Assembly: GCA_030587475.2 (NCBI GenBank)
Contig: JAUQYZ020000069.1
Span: 1 to 19,653 of the forward strand
Source of the DNA: Candidatus Sigynarchaeum calidifontis
Lineage (GTDB): Archaea > Asgardarchaeota > Lokiarchaeia > Sigyniarchaeales > Sigyniarchaeaceae
Length of the DNA: 19,653 bases
Reading direction: 5' to 3'
This document shows, piece by piece, positions 17,510 to 19,653 of this stretch. Position numbers and translations under genes: made by a program. Each line of letters opens with the position of its first letter. Within the stretch, counting starts at the first letter, position 1. The notes beneath the pieces were generated by a model. It was not told the DNA's origin. It worked only from the letters and a program-made list of their open reading frames with translations, and did not search any database.

Positions 17510-18946
17510 TTATTTCTTGGCCTTCGGCTTCTCCGCGTACTCGGGCGGGGGAACCGGGTTGGCCTGGATCTCGATCAGGTCCAGCTGGTCGAGCATCTCG
17601 AGGATGCCCATGACCTTGAGCGGGTGCTTGAACTTGTCGTTCGCGTCGGTCAGGTTGCGCCAGCAGAACGGGCATTCGGTCGTGACGATTTGCGCCCCGA
17701 CGGCCTCGGCCTCGTCGAGCCGTAGCGACGCGGTCTTGAGCGAGAAGTCCGGGTACTGCGACCGCACGCCGCCGCCCGCGCCGCAGCAGAACGATTCCTC
17801 CATGTTCCGGTAGAATTCCACGAACTTGGCGTCGTTGGCCTTGGCGATGGCGTTCAAGATGACGCGGGGGATCGAGAACCAATGGCTCTGGATCTCCTTC
17901 ACCTTGCGGCTATCGAGGAACATGTTCTTCGTCGTGTGCATGAGGTGGTGCTTGCGCTCGATGAAGATGTGGCGGCCGATGTGGCACGGGTCGTGGTACG
18001 TGAAGGTCTTGCCCTTGAGGTCCGGGTGCGCCTTGATCTTGATCTTGCCGCTCTTGATGGCGTCGGCCACGATCTCCATGGCGTGCACGGTCTTGAAGGG
18101 GAGATCCTTGCCCGTGTGCTTCTTGTAGTCCACGGTCATGGTCCGGTAGCAGCCCGCGCAGGAATAGATGACGGTCTTGAACTTGCTATAGAGATCGAGG
18201 TTCTTCTTCATGAGCTTCTTGGCAAACTCGATCTCGCCCACCCTGAAGAAGGGCGAGCCACAGCAGACCTCGTCGTTGAGAACCGAGAAGTCATAGCCGA
18301 GCTTCTTGAGGATCTTGGTCGTGGCAGTGGCGATGCTGGTCTGGTTGTAGGACGCGGTGCAGCCGGTGAAGTAGGCCGTGTCGACGCCCTTCTTGTCGAG
18401 CTGCGGGGCGATGTCCTTGTCGGCCTTCGCCCAGTCCATGCGCTTCTCCTTGTCCTTGCCGTAGGGGTTGTCGCGTTCCGCGGCGAATTGCTTGATGAGC
18501 GCGTGCTTGTCTTGAAGGGGAATGCCGTTATCAACGAGAGTAGCACGCACGGCTTCGATAATGCCCACCGTGTCGATATAATTTTCACATTGACTCGAAC
18601 ATGAACCGCATGTCGTGCACGGGTAGAGGGCAGCAGCAACATCAATTGTCGGTTTGATCGTACCCTCAAGCAAGCCCCGGGCAATCCAGACGCGGCCCGC
18701 GTTCCAATATCCTTCCCACTCGTAGTTGATGCCCGAGGGGCACGACTTCAGCATCCCCTCGTACAAGATCCCCTTGAAAAAACCGGGTCCAGATTTTTCA
18801 GGGGTGCCAGAATAGGAGAACTTACAGGCTTTGCATTATCCAGGCTCTCGAAACGAGAGATGATAGATCTCTCAGAGATCTCCAACCTTATGGATGCACC
18901 TGTAAATATCCTTCTTATATTCTTCCAATCGTTTAACTGTGGACAT
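17510..18946 (-). CDS. HdrD/GlpC-like Fe-S oxidoreductase (2x[4Fe-4S] + two CCG domains), 460 aa, join(18946..18890,18835..17510)
   Basis: Exon 1 MSTVKRLEEYKKDIYRCIH plus exon 2 CKACKFSYS...CP rebuilds CxxCxxC...CP. The second cluster is CTTCGSCSSQC. CCG domains: FTGC, CCGSP, CAGC, HDPCHIGR, CCGAGGG, ECPFC. Confidence 0.92.
18836..18889 (-). other. 54-nt bulge-helix-bulge (BHB) intron in a protein-coding gene
   Basis: Insert AAGGTTGGAGATCTCTGAGAGATCTATCATCTCTCGTTTCGAGAGCCTGGATAA has in-frame TGA and TAA. Boundaries TGC-ATCC-ATA-AGG and CCT-GGAT-AAT-GCA form two 3-nt bulges around a 4-bp helix. Cutting after the second bulge nucleotide gives CAT|TGC in frame. Confidence 0.85.
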
Positions 18947-18982
18947 GATAATCGCATCAGATAGTGGTGTGTCTAGAATGCA

Positions 18983-18998
18983 TTATAACGTTTTAAAA
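18983..18998 (-). promoter_or_regulatory. TATA-box candidate for the intron-containing gene
   Basis: TTTTAAAA and TTATAA lie 37-52 nt upstream of ATG 18946. Confidence 0.4.
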
Positions 18999-19100
18999 CT
19001 TCAGACTTCAAGAAGAAAGGGCGGAATCATCCGAAAGAATATGCAAATGCGTTGGATCCATGAAAAAATTGCTGATACTATGATCCCTCTCGTCTACTTA

Positions 19101-19652
19101 CTATAAAAGCACGCTTTCAATGCCGAAGCTCTCATAAAAAGGACCAGTGGCTGTTTTTGGAATGATCACACGTGGGCATTTGGCCTTGATCGATTTCGCT
19201 AAGTAATAAATCCGCTCCCTTCTCTTCTCCATCTTTTCATATTCAAACAAGGAGGTTAGATCATGGTCGCTCCAGTAATACTTGAAACCCCATTCGTCGG
19301 CACGCCCGATGTCGATGGCCATGAGGATAAACTTTACCCTATAATCATCAAACTTGGGAAATCGGTCGTTCACGATGCGAGGATCCTTCGTGAACATCAT
19401 GATCGCCTCGACATCGCGCCCAGCACCGCCTGCCTTGCGTACCGCGGTGAGCCTGGGCGTCATATCATCGAATAAATCCTCCAGGAAAGCATACGTGACC
19501 GGATAGGTGATGGTGAGGCCATCGACCTCGTCATATGAAACCAGTGCCTTCTCGACATCGGCGCGCGTGAAGGAATCGGCGAGAACACCATTCTCGGCAA
19601 ATACTGAGAAGACGGCCTCGACCTCGCTTTTTGATGGATAGAATCTATCATA
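19101..19652 (-). CDS. Hypothetical protein, 5'-truncated by the window edge
   Basis: The 19101..19463 frame stays open to the window end (YDRFYPSKSEVEAVFSVFAENGVLADSF...LFDDMTPRL...). Confidence 0.7.
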   Translation of the reverse strand, partial: YDRFYPSKSEVEAVFSVFAENGVLADSFTRADVEKALVSYDEVDGLTITYPVTYAFLEDLFDDMTPRLTAVRKAGGAGRDVEAIMMFTKDPRIVNDRFPKFDDYRVKFILMAIDIGRADEWGFKYYWSDHDLTSLFEYEKMEKRRERIYYLAKSIKAKCPRVIIPKTATGPFYESFGIESVLL

Positions 19653-19653
19653 T

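Noticed and set aside
17880-17970. Extra segment (IFIERKHHLMHTTKNMFLDSRKVKEIQSHW) in the second CCG domain as a second intron
   Set aside because: It is in frame with no stops, has the same codon bias as its flanks, and I saw no BHB at its edges.
18836-18889. Selenocysteine or stop readthrough across the insert
   Set aside because: There is a TAA as well as a TGA in frame, and 18 extra residues would break the CxxC spacing.
18836-18891. Insert as a MITE with an ATAA target-site duplication
   Set aside because: Removing the element plus one ATAA deletes 52 nt and leaves the gene out of frame. Only the 54-nt BHB excision restores CIHCKAC.
18748-18957. 69-aa ORF MRLSCPQLNDW... as a separate gene
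   Set aside because: It is an off-frame read across exon 1, the intron and exon 2. The ATG 18946 frame gives the expected N-terminus and Cys motif.
19460-19651. 63-aa ORF MIDSIHQ... as a separate gene
   Set aside because: The adjacent frame is open and continuous with 19101..19463, giving one edge-truncated CDS.
1-19653. tRNA, rRNA, CRISPR array, transposase or integrase genes
   Set aside because: No cloverleaf, rRNA-like segment, regularly spaced repeats or recombinase motifs were seen by eye.

Overview
GC-rich archaeal DNA whose gene content points to an Asgard archaeon, probably Lokiarchaeia-like (inferred from a tandem Arf-family GTPase, a triple UBC/RWD plus RING protein, archaeal Spt5 and small CxxC-domain proteins). 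About 19 coding regions are present. The main result is that the HdrD/GlpC-like Fe-S oxidoreductase gene on the minus strand starts at 18946, not 18766. It is split inside its first CxxCxxC motif by a 54-nt insert (18889-18836) carrying two in-frame stops. The insert boundaries fold into a canonical bulge-helix-bulge (BHB), and standard EndA-type cleavage restores ...YRCIH|CKACKF... exactly in frame, so this is a candidate tRNA-type intron in an mRNA. Other points of interest: a ~1.3-kb islet flanked by 53-62-bp direct repeats that duplicate the amidase start, carrying a retron-effector-like NDT-fold gene and an ArsR regulator; a FANCL-like E3 ligase architecture; a GTPase/pseudo-GTPase tandem; and an acidic-tailed Spt5 next to an eIF2B/R15P-isomerase-family gene. 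All protein calls come from motif recognition; no database searches were run.
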